DNA of 64,000 nt, taken from positions 1,280,001 through 1,344,000 of the forward strand of contig OZ219920.1 in assembly GCA_964291415.2 (NCBI GenBank). The letters are read 5' to 3'. This stretch comes from Alphaproteobacteria bacterium (lineage in GTDB: Bacteria > Pseudomonadota > Alphaproteobacteria > SP197). Both the position numbers and the translations under genes were made by a program. The notes under the pieces are model-generated. The model ran no database searches and had not been told where the DNA came from. It was given only the letters and a program-made list of their open reading frames with translations. Positions within the stretch are counted from its first letter, which is position 1, and each line of letters opens with the position of its first letter. This document shows positions 30,874 through 41,377 of this stretch, piece by piece.

Positions 30874-31929
30874 ATGAGTGGCCTGTTACTAAACAACATT
30901 TCCAAGAAGTTCGGATCCGTCACAGCCGTCACTGACATCAACCTCGAAATTCCGGAAGGCCGGTTCGTCTCATTCCTGGGCCCCTCCGGCTGCGGCAAGA
31001 CCACCCTGCTGCGCCTGATCGCCGGTCTTGAGCACGCGACGACGGGCCGCATCATGCTCGACAACGAGGATCTGACCGACACGCCGACCCACCAAAGGAA
31101 CATCGGCATGGTGTTCCAGTCCCTGGCGCTGTTTCCTCATCTCTCCGTGGGCGAGAACATCACGTATTCGCAGCGAATCAGGGGCGTCGACAAGGCGGCG
31201 CGACGGCGGCGCGCCGAGGAACTCCTCGAGATGGTGCGTCTGCCTGGAGTTGCCGATCGCAATATCGCGCAGCTCTCCGGTGGCCAGAGGCAACGCGTGG
31301 CCATCGCCCGGGCCCTCAACCTGGAACCGAAACTGTTCCTGCTCGATGAACCGTTGTCGGCACTTGATGCCAAGTTGCGCGAGGATATGCAGGTCGAACT
31401 GCGCATGCTGCAGGAACGCCTCGCCATCACGACCATCGTTGTCACCCACGACCAGCGCGAGGCGATGACGATGTCGGATGAGGTAGTGGTCATGTCGACG
31501 GCACGCATCCAGCAGATGGGAGAGCCTCTGGAGATCTATCGCAACCCGGCTTCCGCTTTCGTCGCCGAATTCATCGGCACCAGCAATCTCATCAAGGCGC
31601 GCCTGGACACCGGTTCGACCGTTGTCATCGCCGGGTGCCCCTGCCAGACCAGCGGGGTCCCGGACCAGCTTGGCGCGGGATCCAGCGTCATTGTCTCGAT
31701 CCGCCCGGAAGACGTTCACGTGTTTCCGGAAAGCCGTGACGGCGGCAATCAGCTCGACGGTGTCGTCACGTTCGTGCGTGATGTCGGTGCCAGCGTCGAA
31801 ACCTTCGTCGATTGCGATGGCCTGCAGATCATCGCCATGGCAACACCGAAGGAACGGCCTGACGTTCACAAGGGCGAAAAGGTCAAGGTCGAGCTGCCGG
31901 CCGAAAGTTGCGTGGTCCTCAAGGCATGA
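30874..31929 (+). CDS. PotA-like ABC transporter ATP-binding protein
   Basis: GPSGCGKTT, LSGGQRQR, LLDEPLSALD and a TOBE C-terminus. Confidence 0.93.
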   Translation: MSGLLLNNISKKFGSVTAVTDINLEIPEGRFVSFLGPSGCGKTTLLRLIAGLEHATTGRIMLDNEDLTDTPTHQRNIGMVFQSLALFPHLSVGENITYSQRIRGVDKAARRRRAEELLEMVRLPGVADRNIAQLSGGQRQRVAIARALNLEPKLFLLDEPLSALDAKLREDMQVELRMLQERLAITTIVVTHDQREAMTMSDEVVVMSTARIQQMGEPLEIYRNPASAFVAEFIGTSNLIKARLDTGSTVVIAGCPCQTSGVPDQLGAGSSVIVSIRPEDVHVFPESRDGGNQLDGVVTFVRDVGASVETFVDCDGLQIIAMATPKERPDVHKGEKVKVELPAESCVVLKA

Positions 31930-32834
31930 GTGATGCCGCCGTCAATCGGCTCGAGGAAGACACCGTCGGACCGATGTGGCGGGAGCAGTTCCTGCTGCCG
32001 TTGAAGCGCTTCCCGATCGGTCTCTACCCGACGTTCATGATGGGCGTCTTCTTCCTCATTCCCTTCTTCATCATGCTCGTGGTGAGTTTCTTCGCGCGGA
32101 CGCAATCGACCTACGAGCCCGGCTTCGAGTTCACGCACTATGCCCGGTTCTTCTCACCGCTCTTCACCACGCACCTTCTTGTCTCGGTGCAATTCTCCGT
32201 TCTCGCCAGCATTCTGTCCGTTGCGGCAGCGGTTCCCTTCACCTACTTCATAAGCCGGTTCCGGCGGCGCCCGCAGGTCATTGCGCTGGTCTTCCTGTTG
32301 TGCGTCCTGACGCTCTCCGAAGTGATCGTCGCCTACTCCCTGTCGGTCGTGATGAGCCGATCGAGCGGTCTGCCGAGCTTTGTGGAGTGGCTCGGTCTGA
32401 TTGACAGGGCACGCTCCTGGTATCCTGGATATCTGGCCAATCTCTTCGGCTTGAGCTTCTTCAACATTCCGTTTGCCGTGCTCATCCTGTTTCCCTCCTG
32501 CACCAGGCTTGATCGGGAACTGACAGAAGCGGCGCAAACCATGGGGGCATCGCCGATCAGGAGTTTCACGACGATCGTGCTGCCCCTACTCGACCGGACG
32601 ATCATGGCAGCCCTCGTACTGCTCTTCGTGTTCACCATGGGAGCCTTCGTCACCCCGACCTGGCTTGGTCGCCCCGAGGACACGATGATGGCCCAGCTGA
32701 TCGCCAACCAGGCGCTCAATCGCGGCAACATTCCGTTTGCGGCGGCGCTCTCCATGTTCTTCATGGCGGTGACCATCGTTCTCACCCTCATCACCGTCAG
32801 ACTGCGCCGCGGCGATCCGGTGAGGCGGACATGA
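31926..32834 (+). CDS. PotB-like ABC permease
   Basis: Hydrophobic; EAAQTMGASP EAA loop. Confidence 0.9.
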   Translation: MSDAAVNRLEEDTVGPMWREQFLLPLKRFPIGLYPTFMMGVFFLIPFFIMLVVSFFARTQSTYEPGFEFTHYARFFSPLFTTHLLVSVQFSVLASILSVAAAVPFTYFISRFRRRPQVIALVFLLCVLTLSEVIVAYSLSVVMSRSSGLPSFVEWLGLIDRARSWYPGYLANLFGLSFFNIPFAVLILFPSCTRLDRELTEAAQTMGASPIRSFTTIVLPLLDRTIMAALVLLFVFTMGAFVTPTWLGRPEDTMMAQLIANQALNRGNIPFAAALSMFFMAVTIVLTLITVRLRRGDPVRRT

Positions 32835-33634
32835 ACCTGGTGCGCTGGAGCAAGGCGGCCTTCATCACGGTCATGTTCGGCATGCTCGCCGCGCCGCTGC
32901 TCATCGTTGCCGGGGTGTCGCTCAACTCCAAGAAGCTCATGTTCTTTCCGCCCAAGGGGCTCTCGTTGAAGTGGTACCCGGCGGTGTTCGAAACCAACCA
33001 GTGGCTGGAGGCCCTGACCACAAGCGTGATCATCGCCTTTAGCGCGGGCATCATCGCCATTTCGATTGCCTTGCCGACCGCCTACTTCCTGTGGCGCCAC
33101 AAGGTGCTCTACGCCAAGGCACTCTTTCTGGCCGGAGTCGTTCCCTTCGCCTTGCCGCCCGTGATCACGGCGCTTGGCATGCTGATCTTCTGGGTCGAGG
33201 TCGGACATGTCGGGCAGATCTGGAACATCATGATCGGACACGGTGTCTTTCTGGTGACCCTGCCGCTGGTGATGATTTCCCTGGGCCTGGAATCCATCGA
33301 TGACGAGATACTCGAGGCCGCGCGCACCATGGGAGCAGATTCGCGGCGCATCTTCACGACCATCATCTTTCCCATGGTGCTTCCCTACATGGTGGCCGGC
33401 TACGCCTTCGTCGTCGTGCTGTCGATGAACGAATACATCATCTCGTATTTCCTTGGGCAGCACGCCACCATCACCCTGCCGGTGCAGCTTCTTGCCAGCC
33501 TGAGATCCGGCTACTCGCCGATCATCGCTGCCGCTTCGGTGATGTTCATCCTGTTCGCCGTCGTGGTTTTCAGCCTCGTGGCCCGATTTGGTGATCTACC
33601 GAAACTGCTCGGCGCATGGACACCTAAGGAGTAG
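32831..33634 (+). CDS. PotC-like ABC permease
   Basis: FPPKGLSLKWY, EAARTMGA and TLPV motifs. Confidence 0.9.
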   Translation: MNLVRWSKAAFITVMFGMLAAPLLIVAGVSLNSKKLMFFPPKGLSLKWYPAVFETNQWLEALTTSVIIAFSAGIIAISIALPTAYFLWRHKVLYAKALFLAGVVPFALPPVITALGMLIFWVEVGHVGQIWNIMIGHGVFLVTLPLVMISLGLESIDDEILEAARTMGADSRRIFTTIIFPMVLPYMVAGYAFVVVLSMNEYIISYFLGQHATITLPVQLLASLRSGYSPIIAAASVMFILFAVVVFSLVARFGDLPKLLGAWTPKE

Positions 33635-33640
33635 ACGCCC

Positions 33641-34297
33641 TTGTACATTCTCCATGGCGGCAACCTGACCCGGGCGCTGGCAGTCCAGATGGTGCTGGAA
33701 GAATCCTCGCTTGCCTATGAACTGCGCGATGTCGACATCGCGGCCCAGGAGCACCGCAGCGAAGCGTTCCGTGCCATCAATCCGGCCGGATACGTGCCCG
33801 CCCTGGTGACTCCCGAGGGCACGGTGCTGCACGAGGCCGCAGCCATCTGCCTGTGGCTGGCGGACAGACACGCAATCGAGGAGATGGCGCCCCTGCCGAC
33901 GGACCCGCTGCGCGGCATCTTTCTTTCCAAACTCTTCTACTTCACCAACGACATTCAGCCGGCACTCAAGCACTGCTACTATCCCCGGCGCTGGTCGCTG
34001 AGAGACAAAGACGCACAGGCTTTCCGAGAACTCTCACAGGCCATGGCGGCGGAACGCTGGCAGGTCCTCGAGGATTGGCTGGAAGCCAATGGGCCTTATC
34101 ATCTCGGCGATCGCCTCAGTCTGCTGGATCTCCATCTCAGCGTCTGGGTCTGCTATGGTTTCGACACGACCCTCGACATCCTCGTCACCATGCCGGCGAC
34201 ACGACGTCTCTTCGACCTGGTTCACGCCCGCCCGGTCAGCGGACCCTTGCTTGACAACCTGATTGCGACCCTGGAGAGCCACCGGGAGAATCCCTGA
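33641..34297 (+). CDS. glutathione S-transferase family protein
   Basis: INPAGYVPAL, EAAAICLWLAD and GPYHLGD..S..DL motifs. Confidence 0.88.
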   Translation: MYILHGGNLTRALAVQMVLEESSLAYELRDVDIAAQEHRSEAFRAINPAGYVPALVTPEGTVLHEAAAICLWLADRHAIEEMAPLPTDPLRGIFLSKLFYFTNDIQPALKHCYYPRRWSLRDKDAQAFRELSQAMAAERWQVLEDWLEANGPYHLGDRLSLLDLHLSVWVCYGFDTTLDILVTMPATRRLFDLVHARPVSGPLLDNLIATLESHRENP

Positions 34298-34333
34298 CCC
34301 GCAGTACCCGTGCCAGGGCGAAGGATTACCGGT

Positions 34334-35338
34334 TCATCCCCAGTTGGCGCGAAAGGCCCGCAGGAAGTTGCCGCCGAGGAGCCGGGCAATGTCGGCCTCG
34401 TCCCAGCCGGACCCGAGAAGGCGGTCGGTGATGCGGTGCAGTTCACCATGGCTGCGGCAGTCGGCCAGATAGCGGTCCTCGATACGGTTGCTGAAGGCCT
34501 CGGCGTAAGCCCTGATGGCGGCCGGATAATTCTCCAGGGTGAAGGCGGTGATGTGGTTCACCGCCTTGCTGTCGGCCACCGCCGGCAGATCGGTGCCGAT
34601 GCCGACATGATCGATTCCGGCAAGGGCCACCACATGATCGAGATGACGCATGAAATCATCCAGCGACGGGGGCCGCCGGGTGTCGCCGTCCCAGCACATC
34701 GGTCCATAGATGCTGATGCCGATGACACCCCCCGAATCGGCTATGGCCCGAATGGCGTCGTCGGACTTGTTCCGCAGGGCCGACGTGATCGAGCGGGCGT
34801 TTGCATGGGTGGCGAAGACAGGCCTTGTCGACGCCGCGGCTGCCTCGACGGACGTCTTCTGGCCGACATGGGAAAGATCGATCGCCATGCCAAGGGAGTT
34901 CATCATGGCAACGACCTCGCGGCCGAGCGCCGTCAGACCCCGATCCTCCGGTTCGAGACATCCGTCGCCGAGGAGAGAGCGGCGATTGTAGGTGAGCTGG
35001 GCCACGCGCAGGCCAAGTTCGTGGAGCATCACCAGCCTCTCGAGCCTGTCGCCGATGGGGCGGAGATTCTGCCAACCCATGATGAGACCGGTGTCGCCGT
35101 CCGCGTGGCAGGCCTCGATGTCCGCGACCCGTCTCACCAGACGCCAGCCCGAATCGGGTTTCGCGAGGATGGCAAGCCAGCGCGCCAGACCATCCATGGC
35201 CTCCTCGAAATCGGCCTCGAAGTGGCTCACCGTCATGTTGACCGCCGTCACCCCGGCGCGACGCAGTACGCCCGGGTCACCGTCGCCGTGGAAGTTGAGA
35301 CCATCGATGACGAGAGAGCGCTCATGGAGAGTCGTCAT
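34334..35338 (-). CDS. membrane dipeptidase (peptidase M19) family protein
   Basis: VIDG, QLTYN, IDLSH, THAN, RNKSD, DHVGIGTD and GGNFLR motifs. Confidence 0.88.
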   Translation of the reverse strand: MTTLHERSLVIDGLNFHGDGDPGVLRRAGVTAVNMTVSHFEADFEEAMDGLARWLAILAKPDSGWRLVRRVADIEACHADGDTGLIMGWQNLRPIGDRLERLVMLHELGLRVAQLTYNRRSLLGDGCLEPEDRGLTALGREVVAMMNSLGMAIDLSHVGQKTSVEAAAASTRPVFATHANARSITSALRNKSDDAIRAIADSGGVIGISIYGPMCWDGDTRRPPSLDDFMRHLDHVVALAGIDHVGIGTDLPAVADSKAVNHITAFTLENYPAAIRAYAEAFSNRIEDRYLADCRSHGELHRITDRLLGSGWDEADIARLLGGNFLRAFRANWG

Positions 35339-36363
35339 GGCGTCCCCTCTTTCGCGAAGTGGGGCATGACGTCACGGGTGAATCTCTCCATGGAGGCCAT
35401 GACATCCCGGTGACTGGCGCCAAAGGACATGTTGCAGAGGAAATCCATGACGTCGAGGTCTCCATAGACGCCCAGCTTGTCAACGACCTCCCGGGCGGTT
35501 CCGATCGGCAGTGCATCGGCGATGTCATCCACCGTCTCGTCGACATCCAGGGGCACGATCTCCCCGTTCGACACCGTGCCGGACGTGAGGAAGACGTTGC
35601 AGAACCTGCGGTGGTTCTCGTGGGCCATGGCGATCTTCTCCCGCTTGTCGGCCTCGTCTGCCGCGACGTAGACCATGCGCAGCATGGAAAACCGTGCTCC
35701 TCTGCATGCCGCACCACCGTCGCGGCGGGCATCGTTGAAGGCGCCGGCCTGCATCCGGACCGTCTCCAGGCCCCCCCTCAACGGTGTCGTCTGCACGTGA
35801 TAGCCGCGGCGGACACAGTGGTAGATCGCCTCGTAGCCCAGGGCGGCAATCCACAGTGGAATGGATTTCTGTACCGGCCGGGGCGTGATGGTGATGGGCT
35901 CGAAGTCGTACCACCGGCTCTTCCAGCCGGTTTCCCGGCCCGACAGCAGCGCCTCGAGGAGGGCCAGGGCATCGTCGAAACGCTCCCGGCTCTCTTCGGG
36001 CGGCACGTTGAACCTGTCGAACTCGTAAGCGAAGGCGCCGCGACCGACACCAAGTTCCAGTCTGCCTTCCATCAGGCAGTCGGCCTGACAGATCTCACCG
36101 GCGAGTCGGCGCATGTCGTGGACGGGAAGAACGAGGACGGAGGTGATGATGCGGATCGCACGCGTCCGGCTGGCGACCTTGACGGCCGTCAGCAAGGGCT
36201 GGGGGTGCGTGAGATAGTTGATGAAATGATGTTCGGGGATGCACAGGGTGTCGAAACCGAGGGCTTCGGCATGGACGCTTTCCTCGACCGCGTCCTCATA
36301 GAGACGTTGCGCCGAGTAGGAGAGATCGGGCCAGTAGCACGGGAGATAGAAGCTGAATCGCAT
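35335..36363 (-). CDS. luciferase-like (LLM) flavin-dependent oxidoreductase
   Basis: AEALGFD....EHHF, GRLELGVGRG and P.P.Q motifs. Confidence 0.9.
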   Translation of the reverse strand: MRFSFYLPCYWPDLSYSAQRLYEDAVEESVHAEALGFDTLCIPEHHFINYLTHPQPLLTAVKVASRTRAIRIITSVLVLPVHDMRRLAGEICQADCLMEGRLELGVGRGAFAYEFDRFNVPPEESRERFDDALALLEALLSGRETGWKSRWYDFEPITITPRPVQKSIPLWIAALGYEAIYHCVRRGYHVQTTPLRGGLETVRMQAGAFNDARRDGGAACRGARFSMLRMVYVAADEADKREKIAMAHENHRRFCNVFLTSGTVSNGEIVPLDVDETVDDIADALPIGTAREVVDKLGVYGDLDVMDFLCNMSFGASHRDVMASMERFTRDVMPHFAKEGTP

Positions 36364-36522
36364 GACGCGACAAAGGTGACGAATGATCATCCCACGTCAA
36401 CCCGGGATGATGGTTCTTTCGCCATTGGGCCGGATCGCATAAGGTTCCGGCACAGATGGTCCCGTCTCGCAGGCGAGGCCTGCCGCACATGTGGACCAAC
36501 CGCAGCTCACGGGAGGAGCACA

Positions 36523-37686
36523 ATGACCCCGATCATGGATCTTGAAGAATTCCGTTCACGCCTGGCGAACCACGACATTTCGCGCCGCGACATCAACAGG
36601 GTTCTCGCGTCGGCTGGTGTCGCCACCGTTGCCGTGCCGCTCGTCGCGAGCCACGCTCAAGATGAAGAGGACGAGGCAGACTACGAGATCGACAGCGACC
36701 TGACGGTCTTCACCTGGTCCGGTTACGACATTCCGGAGCTTCACACGAGCTACATCGACAAGAACGGCACGACTCCGGCCTTCACGCTGTGGGGTGAGGA
36801 AGAGGAAGGATTCCAGAAGATGCGCGCGGGGTTCAAGCCCGACATTGCAGCGCCTTGCACCTACAGCCTGCAGCGATGGTGGGATGCCGGACTGCTTGCG
36901 CCTCTGGACACCTCCCGTCTCGAGTACTGGGACAACGTGTTTCCCGCCCTGCAGACCGTGACCGGTGCGGTCATCGAGGGGAACCAGGTGTTTCTTCCCG
37001 TCGACTGGGGCAACAGTTCGGTCCTGTTCCGTCCGGACCTGGCGCCGGAGTACGCCGGACCCGAGAACCATTCATGGAAGATCCTGTTCGACGAGAAGTA
37101 TGCCGGACGCCTCGGAATCTATGATTCGGTAGACGGTGTCTTCGGTGTGGTTGGCGCCGTCATCGGCGCGGAGAATCCCTTCGACATGACCGACGAGGAA
37201 CTCGAGGAAGCGGCCAAGTGGATGCGCAAGCAGCGTGAAGTTCTGCGCTGGTACTGGACCGACATCACAGCTGTCGAACAGGGCCTCGCAACGGGCGAAC
37301 TCGTCGCCTCCTATGCATGGAACAGTTCTGTCGTCGAACTCAAGAAGCAGGGTGTTGAAATCGAGTACATGAACCCGAAAGAAGGCATCTACACCTGGGT
37401 GTGTGGAAACGTGCACATCGCCACGGGCGAAGGGTCTGACGACAAGACCTACGATTTCCTCAATGCCATGTCGTCACCCGAAACCGGTGAATACATCATC
37501 ACCAATTACGGGTACGGCCACTGCAACCAGCAGTCCTTCGACCTGGTGGATCAGAGCACGCTCGACGATCTCGGCCTCTCCGATCCGGTCGCTTTCATGA
37601 AGGACAGCCGCTTCTTCGATGAGATCCGGCCCGAAGTCCGCGAGAAGTACATCGCGCTGTTCGACGAGATCAAGGCCGGTTTCTGA
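36523..37686 (+). CDS. PotD/PotF-like extracellular solute-binding protein (Tat-exported)
   Basis: GGAGG RBS, twin-arginine SRRD motif, FTWSGY, P.DWG and PKEG..TW. Confidence 0.88.
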   Translation: MTPIMDLEEFRSRLANHDISRRDINRVLASAGVATVAVPLVASHAQDEEDEADYEIDSDLTVFTWSGYDIPELHTSYIDKNGTTPAFTLWGEEEEGFQKMRAGFKPDIAAPCTYSLQRWWDAGLLAPLDTSRLEYWDNVFPALQTVTGAVIEGNQVFLPVDWGNSSVLFRPDLAPEYAGPENHSWKILFDEKYAGRLGIYDSVDGVFGVVGAVIGAENPFDMTDEELEEAAKWMRKQREVLRWYWTDITAVEQGLATGELVASYAWNSSVVELKKQGVEIEYMNPKEGIYTWVCGNVHIATGEGSDDKTYDFLNAMSSPETGEYIITNYGYGHCNQQSFDLVDQSTLDDLGLSDPVAFMKDSRFFDEIRPEVREKYIALFDEIKAGF

Positions 37687-37744
37687 TTCTGATCATGATG
37701 CGTCAGCGGGCTTCCAGGGCACGCTGACGCATCAGTTGTGAACG

Positions 37745-39355
37745 ATGCCGCAAAGGGATCCTCCTGACCGGCAGAGTGTGGGACACGTTCTTCGCTGCCG
37801 GGCAGACGCGACGCCGGATGCGCCCTTCATTCTGTCCGACCAGCGCACCCTCACCTATCGTGAGGCACATCGTGACTCCAACAGGCTCGCCAACGGTACG
37901 ACGGCACTTGGGATCAAGTCCGGAGAAGCCGTCCTGGTGGTGATGCCGAATGTCGTCGAGTTCATCCTCGTGTGGCTTGGCCTGGGCAAGACCGGAGCCA
38001 TCCAGGTCCCTGTCAACACCGCACTGCGCGGCACTCTTCTCACCCACATCATCAATGATTCCGCTGCCCGCACGATGATCGTCGCGGCGGGTTTCCTTGA
38101 CCGCATCGGCGAGGTCGCCGGTGATCTCGAGTATCTCGAGCGCCTCATCATCTTCGATCCCACAGGCGTACAAGCCACGCTGCCACGCGCGCTTTCTCAC
38201 CTCGAAAGGATCGATTTCCCTCAGCTGCTCGACGCGGAGGACACACCGCCTGACGACCTCCCTCGCCACCATGATCTCAAGGCGGTTATGTACACTTCGG
38301 GCACCACGGGACCTTCCAAGGGGGTCATGATTTCCCAGCGCCAGGCCTATGGCTACGCCCATGGCAACTTCGAACTCATGGACCTCAAGCCGGGCGATGT
38401 CTACTACGCACCGCTGCCGCTCTTCCACATCGCCGGACAGTGGGCCATGTGCTACTCGTCGATGATCGCCGGCTCGGCGGCTGTGGTGACGGAACGGTTC
38501 AGCGTCGAACGCTTCTGGAGCGATGCCAGACGGTTCGGAGCCACCGTCACGTTCTTTCTCGGGGCCATGGCAAACTTTCTGGCGCGCCAGCCCCGGGAAC
38601 CGGACGACAGCAGCGTCCCCATCGAACGCGCACTCGTCGTCCCGATGTTTCCGGACGCCGGCAGCTTCGCGAAGCGATTCGGCATGAAGATCAAGACCAC
38701 CTACGGATCGACCGAGGTGTCCGCGCCACATCGCATGGACTGGAACGACCCCGACTGGAAGACCTGCGGCAGACTGGCGGACGAGCTCTACGAGGCGCGG
38801 ATCGTCGATGCCGACGACGAGGAGGTGCCGGACGGCACTGTCGGCGAGTTCGTCATTCGAGGCAAGGAACCCTGGCTCCTCATGTCGGGCTACTGGCGGC
38901 ACCCGGAGTGGACGGAGAAGGCCTGGTCCAACCTGTGGCTGCACTCGGGCGATGCCATGATGAAGACCTCGGACGGCCGCTACTACTTCGTCGACCGGAT
39001 GAGTGATTCCATCCGCAGGCGCGGCGAGAACATTTCCTCCCTTGAGGTGGAGAACGAAATCAACCTCCACGCGGATGTCCTTGAATGTGCGGTCTATCCC
39101 GTGCCGAGCGAGCATACCGAGGACGAGGTGATGGCAACGGTGATCCCGCAACCCGGATGCACGCTCGACCCGGAGAGCCTCATCCGTTTCCTGGAACCGA
39201 GGATGGCCCGATTCATGGTGCCGCGTTACATCGATGTTGCAGAGAGCCTTCCCAAGACCCCCACCGGCAAGATCAGGAAGGTGGCCCTGCGCAATGCGGG
39301 TGTCACGTCCTCTACCTTCGACCGCGAGAAGGCAGGTATCATCCTCAAGCGATGA
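37745..39355 (+). CDS. AMP-binding acyl-CoA ligase (CaiC-like)
   Basis: YTSGTTGPSKG, YGSTE, HSGD, IRRRGENIS and PKTPTGK motifs. Confidence 0.92.
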   Translation: MPQRDPPDRQSVGHVLRCRADATPDAPFILSDQRTLTYREAHRDSNRLANGTTALGIKSGEAVLVVMPNVVEFILVWLGLGKTGAIQVPVNTALRGTLLTHIINDSAARTMIVAAGFLDRIGEVAGDLEYLERLIIFDPTGVQATLPRALSHLERIDFPQLLDAEDTPPDDLPRHHDLKAVMYTSGTTGPSKGVMISQRQAYGYAHGNFELMDLKPGDVYYAPLPLFHIAGQWAMCYSSMIAGSAAVVTERFSVERFWSDARRFGATVTFFLGAMANFLARQPREPDDSSVPIERALVVPMFPDAGSFAKRFGMKIKTTYGSTEVSAPHRMDWNDPDWKTCGRLADELYEARIVDADDEEVPDGTVGEFVIRGKEPWLLMSGYWRHPEWTEKAWSNLWLHSGDAMMKTSDGRYYFVDRMSDSIRRRGENISSLEVENEINLHADVLECAVYPVPSEHTEDEVMATVIPQPGCTLDPESLIRFLEPRMARFMVPRYIDVAESLPKTPTGKIRKVALRNAGVTSSTFDREKAGIILKR

Positions 39356-40269
39356 CACTGGCCGGCGCGCCACCAACGGTGCATGATGCGCTTCCACCTT
39401 GCGGTTCGGTCATGACACTCGCTCCAGACGACATTGCCCGATATCACCGGGATGGCTATCTGCTGCGACCGGGATTCTTCTCGACGTCGGAACTGGCACC
39501 GCTGTACCAGGCGATCGAAGAGGACCCGGGCATTGGCGGACGCCTTGCGACCATTCACGATGGCAGCGAGAAAACGCGGCACGACTACCTGGGCTGGGTA
39601 CGTCATGGCGACGACTGGCTCGGCACGGCAACGCGCCTCGCCCGAATCGTGGAGGGTGCCGAAGCCCTGATCGGAGAACCCGTGTATCATTACCATTCGA
39701 AGCTCGTCCAGAAACCCGCCGGTCGCAGTGGCCGGGTTGTCTGGCACCAGGACTTCGGCGGCTGGTACCAGGACGGCTGTCTGAAGCCGGACATGCTGAC
39801 CTGTATCGTGGCGTTGACCAGGGCGACGGAGGAAAGCGGATGCCTCCACATGCTGAAGGGCTCGCACCACATGGGACGAGTTGATCGCATCCGTGATGAG
39901 CATGCTTACGCCAACATCCACCCGCAGCGCGTCCAAGCCATGCTGGAACGCTTCGAGGATGTGGCCATCGAACTCGAACCCGGAGATGGCCTCTTTTTTC
40001 ACTGCAATACCGTGCACGCCTCGGGCGACAACCGGGCGTCCTGGAACCGCATTCTCCTGGAGTTCTCCTACAACGCGGTCAGCAACCCTCCAGTGTTCCG
40101 GAACCAGGATCACCATGCATTCAAAACGATGACAAAGGCTGCTGACAATTCACTTCAAGACGGCACGTACGACGGTGTCTTGTCCTCCACCCCGCTCATC
40201 GATCTCGAGGATCCCGACGACGAGGGCTACACGATCTTCGTGCGCGACAGTTTTCCCGACCTCAGCTGA
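39352..40269 (+). CDS. phytanoyl-CoA dioxygenase (PhyH) family 2OG/Fe(II) oxygenase
   Basis: YHYHSK, WHQDF..W, GSH and HCNTVH.S..N. Alternative start at 39412. Confidence 0.88.
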   Translation: MTLAGAPPTVHDALPPCGSVMTLAPDDIARYHRDGYLLRPGFFSTSELAPLYQAIEEDPGIGGRLATIHDGSEKTRHDYLGWVRHGDDWLGTATRLARIVEGAEALIGEPVYHYHSKLVQKPAGRSGRVVWHQDFGGWYQDGCLKPDMLTCIVALTRATEESGCLHMLKGSHHMGRVDRIRDEHAYANIHPQRVQAMLERFEDVAIELEPGDGLFFHCNTVHASGDNRASWNRILLEFSYNAVSNPPVFRNQDHHAFKTMTKAADNSLQDGTYDGVLSSTPLIDLEDPDDEGYTIFVRDSFPDLS

Positions 40270-40407
40270 AGACATCCACACCTCCGCGTTGCCGACGGAT
40301 GCGCCGGCACGCGACCAGTGTGACGCCGTCGCTTCATGAACTGATGATGCGGTGAGCGAGGTCGTTCATGATCTCCGCGAAACAGGTTTCCAACTCGGTT
40401 CGGAATC

Positions 40408-40430
40408 GGCTGTGTTCCGTCGGCACAGCC
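40408..40430. terminator. possible terminator hairpin between convergent PhyH genes
   Basis: GGCTGTG / CACAGCC 7-bp inverted repeat. No clear U-tract. Confidence 0.3.
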
Positions 40431-40483
40431 TGTCGAACTTTGGGGAAACTCCGTCCCGCAATGTCAACCCCGGCCTCGCCGGA

Positions 40484-41377
40484 TCACGCAACCCTGACGC
40501 CAGCTCCCGTTACAGGTCTGGTGGCGCCCTCGGCGTAGAGATCATTGCCACCGGACGACAGTTCCTCGTAACCCCTGATAACGTCGTAGGGATCCTGGAA
40601 ATCCTGAACCCAGCCAAGGAAGGGCCGGTGGATGTTGAAGCCCAGCAGGCGTGCCAGCCGCTCGGGCATCTCCCTCACCTCTTCCGGCGTCACGGAAAGA
40701 TACCAGTTCTGTTCCTGACGCAACCAGCCAAGGGCGAAACCGGTGAACATGCCGATGCGCCAGACGTCGGGTGTGAGATTGCGCCCCCCACCGTGATAGA
40801 CGCCACCGACAAAGACGCAGAACGACCCCTTCGTCATGGCCGCAGCACAGGTGTCGTCGTCACGCGGCACCCTGTGGTCGTCCCACTTGTGGCTTCCCGG
40901 GATGATTCGTGTGGCGCCATTCTCTTCCCGGAAATCGGTGAGGGCCCAGAAGACGGTGGATGTGGCGTTACGTTCGCTGGGATGAGAAAGGGGATAGAGC
41001 AGATCGTCGCGATGCAGCGGCTGTGGCGTTTCGTCCGGCCCGATCGCCGTGATCGAGTTCGAGTTGAGCTGGTAGTTCTCGCACCACGGCAACAGCGTCA
41101 GATCCATGATGTCGAGCACCCTCTCGTGGAGGACAAAGTCCTGGACTCGCCGCGATTTTCCGAAGAGTGAATGCAGGCGCTTGGTCTTGTAGCCGACGAA
41201 GTTGCCGTTGCCGCAGGGCTTGCGCCGGAGATAGGGATCGAGATCCGCGAGAAGGGCGTCGATCGTTGCATGATCGACGGCGTCCCTGACGATGATGCAG
41301 CCATCGCGCTCGAGAATGGCGCCGATCTCTTCGCTCGGCGTATCGGGTTCGACCGTCGTGATGGTGGCAACGCTCAT
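40484..41377 (-). CDS. PhyH family dioxygenase
   Basis: QPLHRDD, WALTDF..ENGATR.IPGSH, YHGGG.N and GWLRQE motifs. Confidence 0.9.
   Translation of the reverse strand: MSVATITTVEPDTPSEEIGAILERDGCIIVRDAVDHATIDALLADLDPYLRRKPCGNGNFVGYKTKRLHSLFGKSRRVQDFVLHERVLDIMDLTLLPWCENYQLNSNSITAIGPDETPQPLHRDDLLYPLSHPSERNATSTVFWALTDFREENGATRIIPGSHKWDDHRVPRDDDTCAAAMTKGSFCVFVGGVYHGGGRNLTPDVWRIGMFTGFALGWLRQEQNWYLSVTPEEVREMPERLARLLGFNIHRPFLGWVQDFQDPYDVIRGYEELSSGGNDLYAEGATRPVTGAGVRVA

Noticed and set aside
35359-36522. 775-aa ORF suggesting a fused solute-binding protein
   Set aside because: The N-terminal part is the antisense shadow of the LLM gene; the real start is 36523 with an RBS and Tat signal. The same applies to the long N-extensions of ORFs 17851-20733, 21071-22540, 24650-26185 and 26468-29176.
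37703-39397. Long antisense ORFs (also 24353-25657, 45750-46949, 61968-63257)
   Set aside because: Typical high-GC shadow frames opposite well-supported genes, with no motifs.
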